Shown here: in pieces, positions 22,501 to 36,459 of the stretch
Numbering within the stretch: the first letter of the stretch is position 1
Layout of the letters: every line of letters starts with the position of its first letter
NCBI GenBank assembly: GCA_964016885.1
Contig: OZ024744.1
Location: 129,828,001 to 129,892,000 of the forward strand
Length of the DNA: 64,000 nt
Direction: 5' to 3'
From: Eledone cirrhosa
Lineage: Eukaryota
Position numbers and translations under genes: made by a program
The notes under the pieces: model-generated
What the model was told of the DNA's origin: nothing
The model's input: only the letters and a program-made list of their open reading frames with translations
Databases searched by the model: none

Positions 22501-25500
22501 TTAAGTTGGGGTTAAGTTAAGTTGGGGTTCATTTAAGTTGCGGTTAAGTTAAGTTGGTGTTAAGTTAAGTTGGGGTTAAGTTAAGTTGGGGTTAAATTAA
22601 GTTGGGGTTAAGTTAAGTTGGGGTTAAGTTAAGTTGGGGTTAAGTTAAGTTGCGGTTAAGTTAAGTTGGGGTTAAGTTAAGTTGGGGTTAAATTAAGTTG
22701 GGGTTAAGTTAAGTTGGGGTTAAGTTAAGTTGGGATAAAGTTAAGTTGGTGTTAAGTTAAGTTGAGGTTAAGTTTACTTGGGGTTAAGTTAAGTTGCGGT
22801 TAAGTTAAGTTGGGGTTGAGTTAAGTTGGTGTTGAGTTAAGTTGGGGTTAATTTAAGTTGGGGTTAATTTAAGTTGGGGTTAAGCTAAGTTGGGGTTAAG
22901 TTAAATCGAGGTTAAGTTAAGTTGGGCTTAAGTTAAGTTGGGGTTAATTTAAGTTGGGGTTAAGTTAAGTTGGGTTTAAGTTAAGTTGGGGTTAAGTTAA
23001 GTTGGGGTTAATTTAAGTTGGGGTTAAGTTAAGTTGGGATTAATTTAAGTTGGGGTTAAGTTAAGTTGGGGTTAAGTTAAGTTGGGGTTAAATTAAGTTG
23101 GGGTTAAGTTAAGTTGGGGTTAAGTTAAGTTGGGCGTTAAGTTAATTTGGGGTTAAGTTAAGTTAGGGTTAAGTTAAGTTGGGGTTGAGTTAAGTTGGGG
23201 GTAAGTTAAGTTGGGGTTAAGTAAAGTTGGGGTTAAGTTAAGTTGGGGTTAAGTTAAGTTAGGCTTAAGTTAAGTTGGGGTTAAGTTAAGTTGGGGGTGA
23301 GTTAAGTTGGGGGTAAGTTAAGTTGGGGTTAAGTTAAGTTGGGGTTAAGTTGGGGTTAAGTTTGTGTTAAGTTAATTTGGGGTTGAGTTAAGTTGGGGTT
23401 AAGTTAAGTGGTGGTTGTTAAGTTGGGGTTAAGTTAAGTTGGGGTTAATTTAAATTGGGGTTAATTTAACTTTGTTGTTAAGTTAAGTTGGGGTTAATTT
23501 AAGTTGGGGTTAAGTTAAGTTGGGGTTGAGTTAAGTTGGGGTTGAGTGAAGTTGGGGTTAAGTTAAGTTGGGGTTAAATTAAGTTGGGGTTAAGTTAAGT
23601 TGGGGTTAATTTAAGTTGGGGTTAAGTTAAGTTGGGGTTAAATTCAGTCGGGGTTAAGTTAAGTCGGGGTTAAGTTACGTTTGGGTTAAGTTAAGTTGGG
23701 GTTAAGTTAAGTTGGGGTTGAGTTAAGTTGGGGTTAAGTTAAGTTGGGGTTAAAATAAGTTGGGGTTAAGTTAAGTTGGGGTTGAGTTAAGTTGGGGTTG
23801 AGTTAATTTGGGGTTAAGTTACGTTGGGGTTAACTTAAGTTGGGTTTAATTTAAGTTGGGGTTAAGTTAAGTTGGGGTTAAATTAAGTTGGGTTTAAGTT
23901 AAGTTGGGGGTAAGATAAGTTGGGGTTAGTTAAGTTGCGGTTAAGTTAAGTTGGGGTTAAGTTAAGTTGGGGTTAAGTTAAGTTGGGGTTAAGTTAAGTT
24001 GGGGTTAATTTAAGTTGGGGTTAAGTTAAGTTGGGGTTAATTTAAGTTGGGGTTAATTTAAGTTGGGGTTAAGTTAAGTTGGGGTTAAGTTAAGTTGGGG
24101 TAAAGTTAAGTTGGGGGTAAGTTAAGTTGGGGTTAAGTTAAGTTGGGGTTAAGTTGGGGTTAAGTTAAGTTAGGGTTAACTTAAGTTGGGGTTGTGTTAA
24201 GTGGTGGTTATGTTAAGTGGTGGTTATGTTAAGTTGGGGTTAAGTTAAATTGGGGTTAAGTTAAGTTGCGGTTAAGTTAAGTTGGGGTTAAGTTAAGTTG
24301 GGGTTAAGTTAATTAGGGTTAAGTTAAGTTGGGGTTAAGTTAAGTTGGGGTTAAGTTAATTTGTTGTTAAGTTAAGTTGGGGTTAAGTTAAGTTGGGGTT
24401 AAGTTAAGTTGGGGATAAGTTAAGTTGGGGATAAGTTAAGTTGGGGTTAATTAAGTTGGGTTTAAGTTAAGTTGGGGTTAAGTTAAGTTGGGGTTAAGTT
24501 AAGTTGGGGTTAAGTTAAGTTGGTTAGTTAAGTTGAGTTTAAGTTAAGTTGGGCTTAATTTAAGTTGGGATTAAGTTAAGTTGGGGTTAAGTTAAGTTGG
24601 GGTTAAGTTAAGTTGGGGTTAAGTTAAGTTGGGGTTCAGTTAAGTTGGGGTTAAGTTAAGTTGGGGTTAAGTTGGGGTAAAATTAAGTTGGGGTTAAGTT
24701 AAGTTGGGGTTAAGTTAAGTTGGGGTTAAGTTAAGTTGCGGTTAAGTTAAGTTGAGGTTAAGTTAAGTTGGGGTTAAGTTAAGTTGGGGCTAAGTTAAGT
24801 TGGAGCTAAGTTAAGTTGGGGCTAAGTTAAGTTGGGGTTAAGTTAAGTTGGGGTTAAGTTAAGGTGGGGTTAAGTTAAGTTGGGGTCAACTTAAGTTGGG
24901 GTTAAGTTAAGTTGGGGTTAAGTTAAGTTGGGGTTAAGTTAAGTTGGGGTTAAGTTAAGTTGGGGTTAAGTTAAGTTGGGGGTCAGTTAAGTTGGTGGTA
25001 AGTTAAGTTGGGGGTAAGTTAAGATGGGGTTAAGTTAAGTTGGGGTTAAGTTAAGTTGGGGTTAAATTAAGTTGGGGTTAAATTAAGTTGGGGTTAAGTT
25101 AAGTTGGGGTTATGTTAAGTTGGTGTTAAGTTAAGTTGGGGTTAAGTTAAGTTGGGGTTAAGTTAGGTTGGTGTTAATTTAAGTTGGGGGTAAGTTAAGT
25201 TGGGGGTAAGTTAAGTTGGTGTTAAGTTAAGTTGGGGTTAAGTTAAGTTGGGGTTAAGGTAAGTTGGGTTTAAGTTAAGTTGGGGCTAAGTTAAGTTAGG
25301 GCTAAGTTAAGTTGGGGTTAAGTAAAGTTAGGGCTAAGTTAAGTTGGGGTTAAGTTAAGTTGGGGTTAATTTAAGTTGGGGTTACATTAAGTTGAGGTTA
25401 AGTTGTGGTTAAGTTAAGTTAGGGTTAATTTAAGTTAGGGTTATGTTAAGTTGGGGTTAAGTTAAGTTGGGGTTAAGTTAGGTTGGTGTTAAGTTAAGTT

Positions 25501-27779
25501 GGGGTTAAGTTAATTTGTGGTTAATTTAAGTTGGGGTTAAGTTAAGTTGGGGTTAAGTTCAGTCGGGGTTAAGTTAAGTCGGGGTTAAGTTAAGTTGTGG
25601 TTAAGTTAAGTTGGGGTTAAGTTAAGTTGGGGTTAAAATAAGTTGGGGTTAAGTTAAGTTGGGGTTGAGTTAAGTTGGGGTTGAGTTAATTTGGGGTTAA
25701 GTTAAGTTGGGGTTAACTTAAGTTGGGTTTAATTTAAATTGGGGTTAATTTAAGTTGGGGTTAAATTAAGTTGGGGTTAAGTTAAGTTGGGGGTAAGATA
25801 AGTTGGGGTTAGTTAAGTTGCGGTTAAGTTAAGTTGGGGTAAAGTTAAGTTGGGGTTAAGTTAAGTTGGGGTTAAGTTAAGTTGGGGTTAAGTTAAGTTC
25901 GGGTTAATTTAAGTTGGGGTTAAGTTAAGTTGGGGTTAATTTAAGTTGGGGTTAATTTAAGTTGGGGTCAAGTTTAGTTGGGGTTAAGTTAAGTTGGGGT
26001 AAAGTTAAGTTGGGGTTAAGTTAAGTTGGGGTTAAGTTAAGTTGGGGTTAAGTTGGGGTTAAGTTAAGTTAGGGTTAACTTAAGTTTGGGTTGTTTTAAG
26101 TGGTGGTTATGTTAAGTGGTGGTTATGTTAAGTTGGGGTTAAGTTAAGTTGGGGTTAAGTTAAATTGGGGTTAAGTTAAGTTGCGGCTAATTTAAGTTGG
26201 GGTTAAGTTAAGTTGGGGTTAAGTTAATTAGGGTTAAGTTAAGTTGGGGTTAAGTTAAGTTGGGGTTAAGTTAAGTTGGGGTTAAGTTAAGTCGGGGTTA
26301 AGTTAAGTTAGGGTTAAGTTAAGTTGGGGTTAATTTAAGTTGGGGTTAAGTTAAGTTGAGGTTAAATTTAAGTAGGGGTTAAATTATGTTGGGGTTAAGT
26401 TAAGTTGGGGATAAGTTAAGTTGGGGATAAGTTAAGTTGGGGTTAATTAAGTTGGGTTTAAGTTAAGTTGGGGTTAAGTTAAGTTGGGTTAAGTTAAGTT
26501 GGGGTTAAGTTAAGTTGGTTAGTTAAGTTGAGTTTAAGTTAAGTTGGGCTTAATTTAAGTTGGGGTTAAGTTAATTTGGGGTTAAGTTAAGTTGGGGTTA
26601 AGTTAAGTTGGGGTTAAGTTAAGTTGGGGTTCAGTTAAGTTGGGGTTAATTTAAGTTGGGGTTAAGTTGGGGTAAAGTTAAGTTGGGGTTAAGTTAAGTT
26701 GGGGTTAAGTTAAGTTGGGGTTAAGTTAAGTTGCGGTTAAGTTAAGTTGAGGTTAAGTTAAGTTGGGGTTAATTTAAGTTGGGGTTAAGTTAAGTTGGGG
26801 CTAAGTTAAGTTGGGGCTAAGTTAAGTTGGGGCTAAGTTAAGTTGGGGTTAAGTTAACTTTGGGTTAAGTTAAGTTGGGTTTGAGTTAAGTTGGGGTTAA
26901 TTAAGTTGGGGTTAAGTTAAGTTGGGGTTAAGTTAAGTTGGGGTTAAGTTAAGTTGGGGTTAAATTAAGTTGCGGTTAAGTTAAGTTGATGTTAAGTTAA
27001 GTTGGGGTTAAGTTAAGTTGGGGTTAAGTTAAGTTGGGGCTAAGTTAAGTTGGGGCTAAGTTAAGTTGGGGCTAAGTTAAGTTGGGGTTAAGTTAAGGTG
27101 GGGTTCAGTTAAGTTGGGGTTAAGTTAAGTTGGGGTTAAGTTAAGTTGGGGTTAATTTAAGTTGGGGTTAAGTTAAGTTGGGGTTGAGTTAAGTTGGGGT
27201 TGAGTGAAGTTGGGGTTAAGTTAAGTTGGGGTTAAATTAAGTTGGGGTTAAGTTAAGTTGGGGTTAATTTAAGTTGGGGTTAAGTTAAGTTGGGGTTAAA
27301 TTCAGTCGGGGTTAAGTTAAGTCGGGGTTAAGTTACGTTTGGGTTAAGTTAAGTTGGGGTTAAGTTAAGTTGGGGTTGAGTTAAGTTGGGGTTAAGTTAA
27401 GTTGGGGTTAAAATAAGTTGGGGTTAAGTTAAGTTGGGGTTGAGTTAAGTTGGGGTTGAGTTAATTTGGGGTTAAGTTACGTTGGGGTTAACTTAAGTTG
27501 GGTTTAATTTAAGTTGGGGTTAAGTTAAGTTGGGGTTAAATTAAGTTGGGTTTAAGTTAAGTTGGGGGTAAGATAAGTTGGGGTTAGTTAAGTTGCGGTT
27601 AAGTTAAGTTGGGGTTAAGTTAAGTTGGGGTTAAGTTAAGTTGGGGTTAAGTTAAGTTGGGGTTAATTTAAGTTGGGGTTAAGTTAAGTTGGGGTTAATT
27701 TAAGTTGGGGTTAATTTAAGTTGGGGTTAAGTTAAGTTGGGGTTAAGTTAAGTTGGGGTAAAGTTAAGTTGGGGGTAAG

Positions 27780-30215
27780 TTAAGTTGGGGTTAAGTTAAG
27801 TTGGGGTTAAGTTGGGGTTAAGTTAAGTTAGGGTTAACTTAAGTTGGGGTTGTGTTAAGTGGTGGTTATGTTAAGTGGTGGTTATGTTAAGTTGGGGTTA
27901 AGTTAAATTGGGGTTAAGTTAAGTTGCGGTTAAGTTAAGTTGGGGTTAAGTTAAGTTGGGGTTAAGTTAATTAGGGTTAAGTTAAGTTGGGGTTAAGTTA
28001 AGTTGGGGTTAAGTTAATTTGTTGTTAAGTTAAGTTGGGGTTAAGTTAAGTTGGGGTTAAGTTAAGTTGGGGATAAGTTAAGTTGGGGATAAGTTAAGTT
28101 GGGGTTAATTAAGTTGGGTTTAAGTTAAGTTGGGGTTAAGTTAAGTTGGGGTTAAGTTAAGTTGGGGTTAAGTTAAGTTGGTTAGTTAAGTTGAGTTTAA
28201 GTTAAGTTGGGCTTAATTTAAGTTGGGATTAAGTTAAGTTGGGGTTAAGTTAAGTTGGGGTTAAGTTAAGTTGGGGTTAAGTTAAGTTGGGGTTCAGTTA
28301 AGTTGGGGTTAAGTTAAGTTGGGGTTAAGTTGGGGTAAAATTAAGTTGGGGTTAAGTTAAGTTGGGGTTAAGTTAAGTTGGGGTTAAGTTAAGTTGCGGT
28401 TAAGTTAAGTTGAGGTTAAGTTAAGTTGGGGTTAAGTTAAGTTGGGGCTAAGTTAAGTTGGAGCTAAGTTAAGTTGGGGCTAAGTTAAGTTGGGGTTAAG
28501 TTAAGTTGGGGTTAAGTTAAGGTGGGGTTAAGTTAAGTTGGGGTCAACTTAAGTTGGGGTTAAGTTAAGTTGGGGTTAAGTTAAGTTGGGGTTAAGTTAA
28601 GTTGGGGTTAAGTTAAGTTGGGGTTAAGTTAAGTTGGGGGTCAGTTAAGTTGGTGGTAAGTTAAGTTGGGGGTAAGTTAAGATGGGGTAAAGTTAAGTTG
28701 GGGTTAATTTAATTTGGGGTTAAGTTAAGTTAGGGTTAAGTTAAGTTGGGGTTGAGTTAAGTTGGGGTTAAGTTAAGTTGGGGTTATGTTAAGTGGGGGT
28801 TAAGTTAAGTTGGGGTTAAGTTAAGTTGGGGTTCAATTAAGTTGCGGATAATTTAAGTTGGGGTTAAGTTAAGTTGGGGTTAAGTTAAGTTGGGGTTAAG
28901 TTAAGTTGGGGTTAAATTAAGTTGGGGTTAAATTAAGTTGGGGTTAAGTTAAGTTGGGGTTATGTTAAGTTGGTGTTAAGTTAAGTTGGGGTTAAGTTAA
29001 GTTGGGGTTAAGTTGGGGTTAAGTTAAGTTAGGGTTAACTTAAGTTGGGGTTGTGTTAAGTGGTGGTTATGTTAAGTGGTGGTTATGTTAAGTTGGGGTT
29101 AAGTTAAATTGGGGTTAAGTTAAGTTGCGGTTAAGTTAAGTTGGGGTTAAGTTAAGTTGGGGTTAAGTTAATTAGGGTTAAGTTAAGTTGGGGTTAAGTT
29201 AAGTTGGGGTTAAGTTAATTTGTTGTTAAGTTAAGTTGGGGTTAAGTTAAGTTGGGGTTAAGTTAAGTTGGGGATAAGTTAAGTTGGGGATAAGTTAAGT
29301 TGGGGTTAATTAAGTTGGGTTTAAGTTAAGTTGGGGTTAAGTTAAGTTGGGGTTAAGTTAAGTTGGGGTTAAGTTAAGTTGGTTAGTTAAGTTGAGTTTA
29401 AGTTAAGTTGGGCTTAATTTAAGTTGGGATTAAGTTAAGTTGGGGTTAAGTTAAGTTGGGGTTAAGTTAAGTTGGGGTTAAGTTAAGTTGGGGTTCAGTT
29501 AAGTTGGGGTTAAGTTAAGTTGGGGTTAAGTTGGGGTAAAATTAAGTTGGGGTTAAGTTAAGTTGGGGTTAAGTTAAGTTGGGGTTAAGTTAAGTTGCGG
29601 TTAAGTTAAGTTGAGGTTAAGTTAAGTTGGGGTTAAGTTAAGTTGGGGCTAAGTTAAGTTGGAGCTAAGTTAAGTTGGGGCTAAGTTAAGTTGGGGTTAA
29701 GTTAAGTTGGGGTTAAGTTAAGGTGGGGTTAAGTTAAGTTGGGGTCAACTTAAGTTGGGGTTAAGTTAAGTTGGGGTTAAGTTAAGTTGGGGTTAAGTTA
29801 AGTTGGGGTTAAGTTAAGTTGGGGTTAAGTTAAGTTGGGGGTCAGTTAAGTTGGTGGTAAGTTAAGTTGGGGGTAAGTTAAGATGGGGTAAAGTTAAGTT
29901 GGGGTTAATTTAATTTGGGGTTAAGTTAAGTTAGGGTTAAGTTAAGTTGGGGTTGAGTTAAGTTGGGGTTAAGTTAAGTTGGGGTTATGTTAAGTGGGGG
30001 TTAAGTTAAGTTGGGGTTAAGTTAAGTTGGGGTTCAATTAAGTTGCGGATAATTTAAGTTGGGGTTAAGTTAAGTTGGGGTTAAGTTAAGTTGGGGTTAA
30101 GTTAAGTTGGGGTTAAATTAAGTTGGGGTTAAATTAAGTTGGGGTTAAGTTAAGTTGGGGTTATGTTAAGTTGGTGTTAAGTTAAGTTGGGGTTAAGTTA
30201 AGTTGGGGTTAAGTT
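27780..30215 (+). repeat. ~1201-bp tandem duplication within the satellite
   Basis: TGTGTTAAG at 27851/29052 and GTCAGTTAAG at 28640/29841, both at offset 1201. Confidence 0.85.
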
Positions 30216-33200
30216 AGGTTGGTGTTAATTTAAGTTGGGGGTAAGTTAAGTTGGGGGTAAGTTAAGTTGGTGTTAAGTTAAGTTGGGGTTAAGTTAAGTT
30301 GGGGTTAAGTTAAGTTGGGTTTAAGTTAAGTTGGGGCTAAGTTAAGTTAGGGCTAAGTTAAGTTGGGGTTAAGTAAAGTTAGGGCTAAGTTAAGTTGGGG
30401 TTAAGTTAAGTTGGGGTTAATTTAAGTTGGGGTTACATTAAGTTGAGGTTAAGTTGTGGTTAAGTTAAGTTAGGGTTAATTTAAGTTAGGGTTATGTTAA
30501 GTTGGGGTTAAGTTAAGTTGGGGTTAAGTTAGGTTGGTGTTAAGTTAAGTTGGGGTTAAGTTAATTTGTGGTTAAGTTAAGTTGGGGTTAAGTTAAGTTG
30601 GGGTTAAGTTCAGTCGGGGTTAAGTTAAGTCGGGGTTAAGTTAAGTTGTGGTTAAGTTAAGTTGGGGTTAAGTTAAGTTGGGGTTAAAATAAGTTGGGGT
30701 TAAGTTAAGTTGGGGTTGAGTTAAGTTGGGGTTGAGTTAATTTGGGGTTAAGTTAAGTTGGGGTTAACTTAAGTTGGGTTTAATTTAAATTGGGGTTAAT
30801 TTAAGTTGGGGTTAAATTAAGTTGGGGTTAAGTTAAGTTGGGGGTAAGATAAGTTGGGGTTAGTTAAGTTGCGGTTAAGTTAAGTTGGGGTAAAGTTAAG
30901 TTGGGGTTAAGTTAAGTTGGGGTTAAGTTAAGTTGGGGTTAAGTTAAGTTCGGGTTAATTTAAGTTGGGGTTAAGTTAAGTTGGGGTTAATTTAAGTTGG
31001 GGTTAATTTAAGTTGGGGTCAAGTTAAGTTGGGGTTAAGTTAAGTTGGGGTAAAGTTAAGTTGGGGTTAAGTTAAGTTGGGGTTAAGTTAAGTTGGGGTT
31101 AAGTTGGGGTTAAGTTAAGTTAGGGTTAACTTAAGTTTGGGTTGTGTTAAGTGGTGGTTATGTTAAGTGGTGGTTATGTTAAGTTGGGGTTAAGTTAAGT
31201 TGGGGTTAAGTTAAATTGGGGTTAAGTTAAGTTGCGGCTAATTTAAGTTGGGGTTAAGTTAAGTTGGGGTTAAGTTAATTAGGGTTAAGTTAAGTTGGGG
31301 TTAAGTTAAGTTGGGGTTAAGTTAAGTTGGGGTTAAGTTAAGTCGGGGTTAAGTTAAGTTAGGGTTAAGTTAAGTTGGGGTTAATTTAAGTTGGGGTTAA
31401 GTTAAGTTGAGGTTAAATTTAAGTAGGGGTTAAATTATGTTGGGGTTAAGTTAAGTTGGGGATAAGTTAAGTTGGGGATAAGTTAAGTTGGGGTTAATTA
31501 AGTTGGGTTTAAGTTAAGTTGGGGTTAAGTTAAGTTGGGTTAAGTTAAGTTGGGGTTAAGTTAAGTTGGTTAGTTAAGTTGAGTTTAAGTTAAGTTGGGC
31601 TTAATTTAAGTTGGGGTTAAGTTAATTTGGGGTTAAGTTAAGTTGGGGTTAAGTTAAGTTGGGGTTAAGTTAAGTTGGGGTTCAGTTAAGTTGGGGTTAA
31701 TTTAAGTTGGGGTTAAGTTGGGGTAAAGTTAAGTTGGGGTTAAGTTAAGTTGGGGTTAAGTTAAGTTGGGGTTAAGTTAAGTTGCGGTTAAGTTAAGTTG
31801 AGGTTAAGTTAAGTTGGGGTTAAGTTAAGTTGGGGTTAAGTTAAGTTGGGGCTAAGTTAAGTTGGGGCTAAGTTAAGTTGGGGCTAAGTTAAGTTGGGGT
31901 TAAGTTAACTTTGGGTTAAGTTAAGTTGGGTTTGAGTTAAGTTGGGGTTAATTAAGTTGGGGTTAAGTTAAGTTGGGGTTAAGTTAAGTTGGGGTTAAGT
32001 TAAGTTGGGGTTAAATTAAGTTGCGGTTAAGTTAAGTTGATGTTAAGTTAAGTTGGGGTTAAGTTAAGTTGGGGTTAAGTTAAGTTGGGGCTAAGTTAAG
32101 TTGGGGCTAAGTTAAGTTGGGGCTAAGTTAAGTTGGGGTTAAGTTAAGGTGGGGTTCAGTTAAGTTGGGGTTAAGTTAAGTTGGGGTTAAGTTAAGTTGG
32201 GGTTAAGTTAAGTTGGGGTTAAGTTAAGTTGGGGTTACGTTAAGTTGGGGGTAAGTTAAGTTGGTGGTAAGTTAAGTTGGGGGTAAGTTAAGATGGGGTT
32301 AAGTTAAGTTGGGGTTAATTTAAGTTGGGGTTAAGTTAAGTTGGGGTTAAGTTAAGTTGGGGTTAAGTTAAGTTGGGGTTAAGTTAAGTTGGGGTTAAAT
32401 TAAGTTGGGGTTAAATTAAGTTGGGGTTAAGTTAAGTTGGGGTTATGTTAAGTTGGTGTTAAGTTAAGTTGGGGTTAAGTTAAGTTGGGGTTAAGTTAGG
32501 TTGGTGTTAAGTTAAGTTGGGGTTAAGTTAAGTTGGGGTTAAGTTATGTTGGGTTTAAGTTAAGTTGGGGCTAAGTTAAGTTAGGGCTAAGTTAAGTTGT
32601 GGTTAAGTAAAGTTAGGGCTAAGTTAATTTGGGGTTAAGTTAAGTTGGGGTTAAGTTAAGTTGGGTTTAAGTTAAGTTGGGGTTAAGTTAAGTTGGGTTT
32701 AAATTAAGTTGGGGTTAATCTAAGTTGGGGTTAAGTTAAATTGAGGTTAAGTTAAGTTGGGGTTAATTTAAGTTGGGGTTAAGCTAAGTTGGGGTTAAGT
32801 TAAATTGAGGTTAAGTTAAGTTGGGGTTAAGTTAAGTTGGGCTTAATTTAAGTTGGGGCTAAGTAAAGTTGGGGCTAAGTTAAGTGGGGGTTAAGTTAAG
32901 TTAGGGTTGAGTTAAGTTGGGGTTAAGTTAACTTTGGGTTAAGTTAAGTTGGGTTTGAGTTAAGTTGGGGTTAATTAAGTTGGGGTTAAGTTAAGTTGGG
33001 GTTAAGTTAAGTTGGGGTTAAGTTAAGTTGGGGTTAAGTTAAGTTGCGGTTAAGTTAAGTTGAGGTTAAGTTAAGTTGGGGTTAAGTTAAGTTGGGGTTA
33101 AGTTAAGTGGGGCTAAGTTAAGTTGGGGCTAAGTTAAGTTGGGGCTTAGTTAAGTTGGGGTTAAGTTAAGTTGGGGTTAAGTTAAGGTGGGGTTTAGTTA

Positions 33201-36200
33201 AGTTGGGGTCAACTAAAGTTGGGGTTAAGTTAAGTTGGGGTTCACTTAAGTTGGGGTTAATCTAAGTTGGGGTTAAGTTAGGTTGGGGTTTATTTAAGTT
33301 GGGGTTCAGTTAATTTGGGGTTAAGTTAAGTTTGGGTTAAGTTGGGGTTAAATTAAGTTGGGGTTAAGTTAAGTTGGGGTTAAGTTACGTTGGGGTTAAT
33401 TTAAGTTGGGGTTAAGTTAATTTGCGGGTAATTTAAGTTGGGGTTAAGTTAAGTTGGGGTTAAGTTAAGTTGGGGTTAAGTTAAGTTGGAGGTAAGTTAA
33501 GTTGGGGGTAAGTTAACTTGGGAGTAAGTTAAGTTGGGGTTAAGTTAAGTTGGGGTTAAGTTAAGTTGGGGTTAAGTTAAGTTAGGGTTAAGTTAAGTTG
33601 GGGTTGAGTTAAGTTGGGGTTAAGTTAAGTTGGGGTTATGTTAAGTTGGGGTTAAGTTAAATTGGGGTTAATTTAACTTTGTGGTTAAGTTAAGTTGGGG
33701 TTAAGTTAAGTTGGGGTTAAGTTAAGTTGGGGTTAATTTAAGTTGCGGATAAGTTAAGTTGAGGTTAAGTTAAGTTGGGGTTAAGTTAAGTTGGGGTTAA
33801 GTTAAGTTGGGGCTAAGTTAAGTTGGGGCTAAGTTAAGTTGGGGCTTAGTTAAGTTGGGGTTAAGTTAAGTTGGGGTTAAGTTAAGGTGGGGTTTAGTTA
33901 AGTTGGGGTCAACTAAAGTTGGGGTTAAGTTAAGTTGGGGTTTATTTAAGTTGGGGTTCAGTTAATTTGGGGTTAAGTTAAGTTTGGGTTAAGTTGGGGT
34001 TAAATTAAGTTGGGGTTAAGTTAAGTTGGTGTTAATTTAAGTTGGGGTTAAGTTAAGTTGGGGTTAAGTTAAGTTGGGGTTAAGTTGAGTTGGGGTAAAG
34101 TTAAGTTGGGGTTAAGTTAAGTTGGGGTTAATTTAAGTTGGGGTTAAGTTAAGTTGGGGTTAATTTAAGTTGGGGTTAATTTAAGTTGGGGTTAAGTTAA
34201 GTTGGGGTTAAGTTAAGTTGGGGTTAAGTTAAGTTGGGGGTAAGTTAAGTTGGGGTTAAGTTAAGTTGGGGTTAAGTTGGGGTTAAGTTAAGTTAGGGTT
34301 AACTTAAGTTGGGGTTAAGTTAAGTGGTGGTTATGTTAAGTGGTGGTTATGTTAACTTGGGGTTAATTTAAGTTGAGGTTAAGTTAAATTGGGGTTAAGT
34401 TAAGTTGCGGTTAAGTTAAGTTGGGGTTAAGTTAAGTTGGGGTTAAGTTAATTAGGGTTAAGTTAAGTTGGGGTTAAGTTAAGTTGGGGTTAAGTTAAGT
34501 TGCGGTTAAGTTAAGTTGGCGTTAAGTTAAGTTGGGGTTAAGTTAAGTTGGGATTAAGTTAAGTTGGGGTTAAGTTAAGTTGGGGTTAAGTTAAGTTGGG
34601 GTTAAGTTAGATTGTTGTTAAGTTACGTTGGGGTTAATTTAAGTTGGGGTTAAGTTAAGTTGGGGTTAATTTAAGTTGGGGTTAAGTTAAGTCGGGGTTA
34701 AGTTGAGTTGGGGTTAGGTTAAGTTGGGGTTAAGTTAAGTTGGGGTTAAGTTAAGTTGGGGTTAAGATAAGTTGGGGTTAAGTTAAGTTGGGGTTGAGTT
34801 AAGTTGGGGTTGAGTTAATTTGGGGTTAAGTTAAGTTGGGGTTAAGTTAGGTTGGGGTTAAGTTAAGTTGGGGGTAAGTTAAGTTGGGGGTAAGTTAAGT
34901 CGGGGGTAATTTCAGTTGGGGTTAAGTTAAGTTGGGGTTGAGTTAAGTTGGGGCTAAGTTAAGTTGGGGTTATGTTAAGTTGGGGTTAATTTAAGTTGGG
35001 GTTAAGTTAAGTTGGGGTTCAATTAAGTTGCGGTTAATTTAAGTTGGGGTTAAGTTAAGTTGGGGTTAAGTTAAGTTGGGGTTAAGTTAAGTTGGGATTA
35101 ATTTAAGTTGGGGTTAAGTTAAGTTGGGGTTAAGTTAAGTTGGGGTTAAATTAAGTTGGGGTTAAGTTAAGTTGGGGTTAAGTTAAGTTGGGGTTAAGTT
35201 AAGTTGGGGTTAAGTTAATTTGTGGTTAAGTAAAGTTGGGGTTAAGTTAAGTTGGGGTTAAGTTCAGTCGGGGTTAAGTTAAGTCGGGGTTAAGTTAAGT
35301 TGGGGTTGAGTTAAGTTGGGGTTAAGTTAAGTTGGGGTTAAGATAAGTTGGGGTTAAGTTAAGTTGGGGTTGAGTTAAGTTGGGGTTGAGTTAATTTGGG
35401 GTTAAGTTAAGTTGGAGTTAACTTAAGTTGGGTTTAAGTTAAGTTGGGGTTAAGTTAAGTTGGGGTTAAATTAAGTTGGGGTTAAGTTAAGTTGGGGGTA
35501 AGATAAGTTGGTGTTAGTTAAGTTGCGGTTAAGTTAAGTTGAGGTTAAGTTAAGTAGGGGTTAAATTATGTTGGGGTTAAGTTAAGTTCGGGTTAAGTTA
35601 AGTTGGGGTTAAGTTGAGTTGGGGATAAGTTAAGTTGGGGATAAATTAAGTTGGGGTTAAGTTAAGTTGGGTTTAAGTTAAGTTTGGGTTAAGTTAAGTT
35701 GGGGTTAAGTTAAGTTGGGGTTAAGTTAAGTTGGTTAGTTAAGTTGAGTTTAAGTTAAGTTGGGGTTAATTTAAGTTGGGGTTAAGTTAAGTTGGGGTTA
35801 AGTTAAGTTGGGGTTAAGTTAAGTTGGGGTTAAGTTAAGTTGCGGTTAAGTTAAGTTGAGGTTAAGTTAAGTTGGGGTTAAGTTAAGTTGGGGCTAAGTT
35901 AAGTTGGGGCTAAGTTAAGTTGGGGCTAAGTTAAGTTGGGGTTAAGTTAACTTTGGGTTAAGTTAATTTGGGTTTGAGTAAAGTTGGGGTTAATTAAGTT
36001 GGGGTTAAGTTAAGTTGGGGTTAAGTTAAGTTGGGGTTAAGTTAAGTTGCGGTTAATTTAAGTTGATGTTAAGTTAAGTTGATGTTAAGTTAAGTTGGGG
36101 TTAAGTTAAGTCGGGGTTAAGTTAAGGTGGGGTTAAGTTAAGTTGGGGTCAACTAAAGTTGGGGTTAAGTTAAGTTGGGGTTAACTTAAGTTGGGGTTAA

Positions 36201-36459
36201 GTTAAGTTGGGGTTAAGTTGGGGTTAAATTAAGTTGGGGTTAAGTTAAGTTGGGGTTAAGTTAAATGGGGTTAAGTTAAGTTGCGGGTAAGTTAAGTTGG
36301 GGTTAAGTTAAGTTGGGGGTAAGTTAAGTTGGGGGTAAGTTAAGTTGGGGGTAAGTTAAGTTGGGGTTAAGTTAAGTTGGGGTTAAGTTAAGTTGGGGTT
36401 AAGTTAAGTTAGGGTTAAGTTAAGTTGGGGTTGAATTAAGTTGGGGTTAAGTTAAGTTG

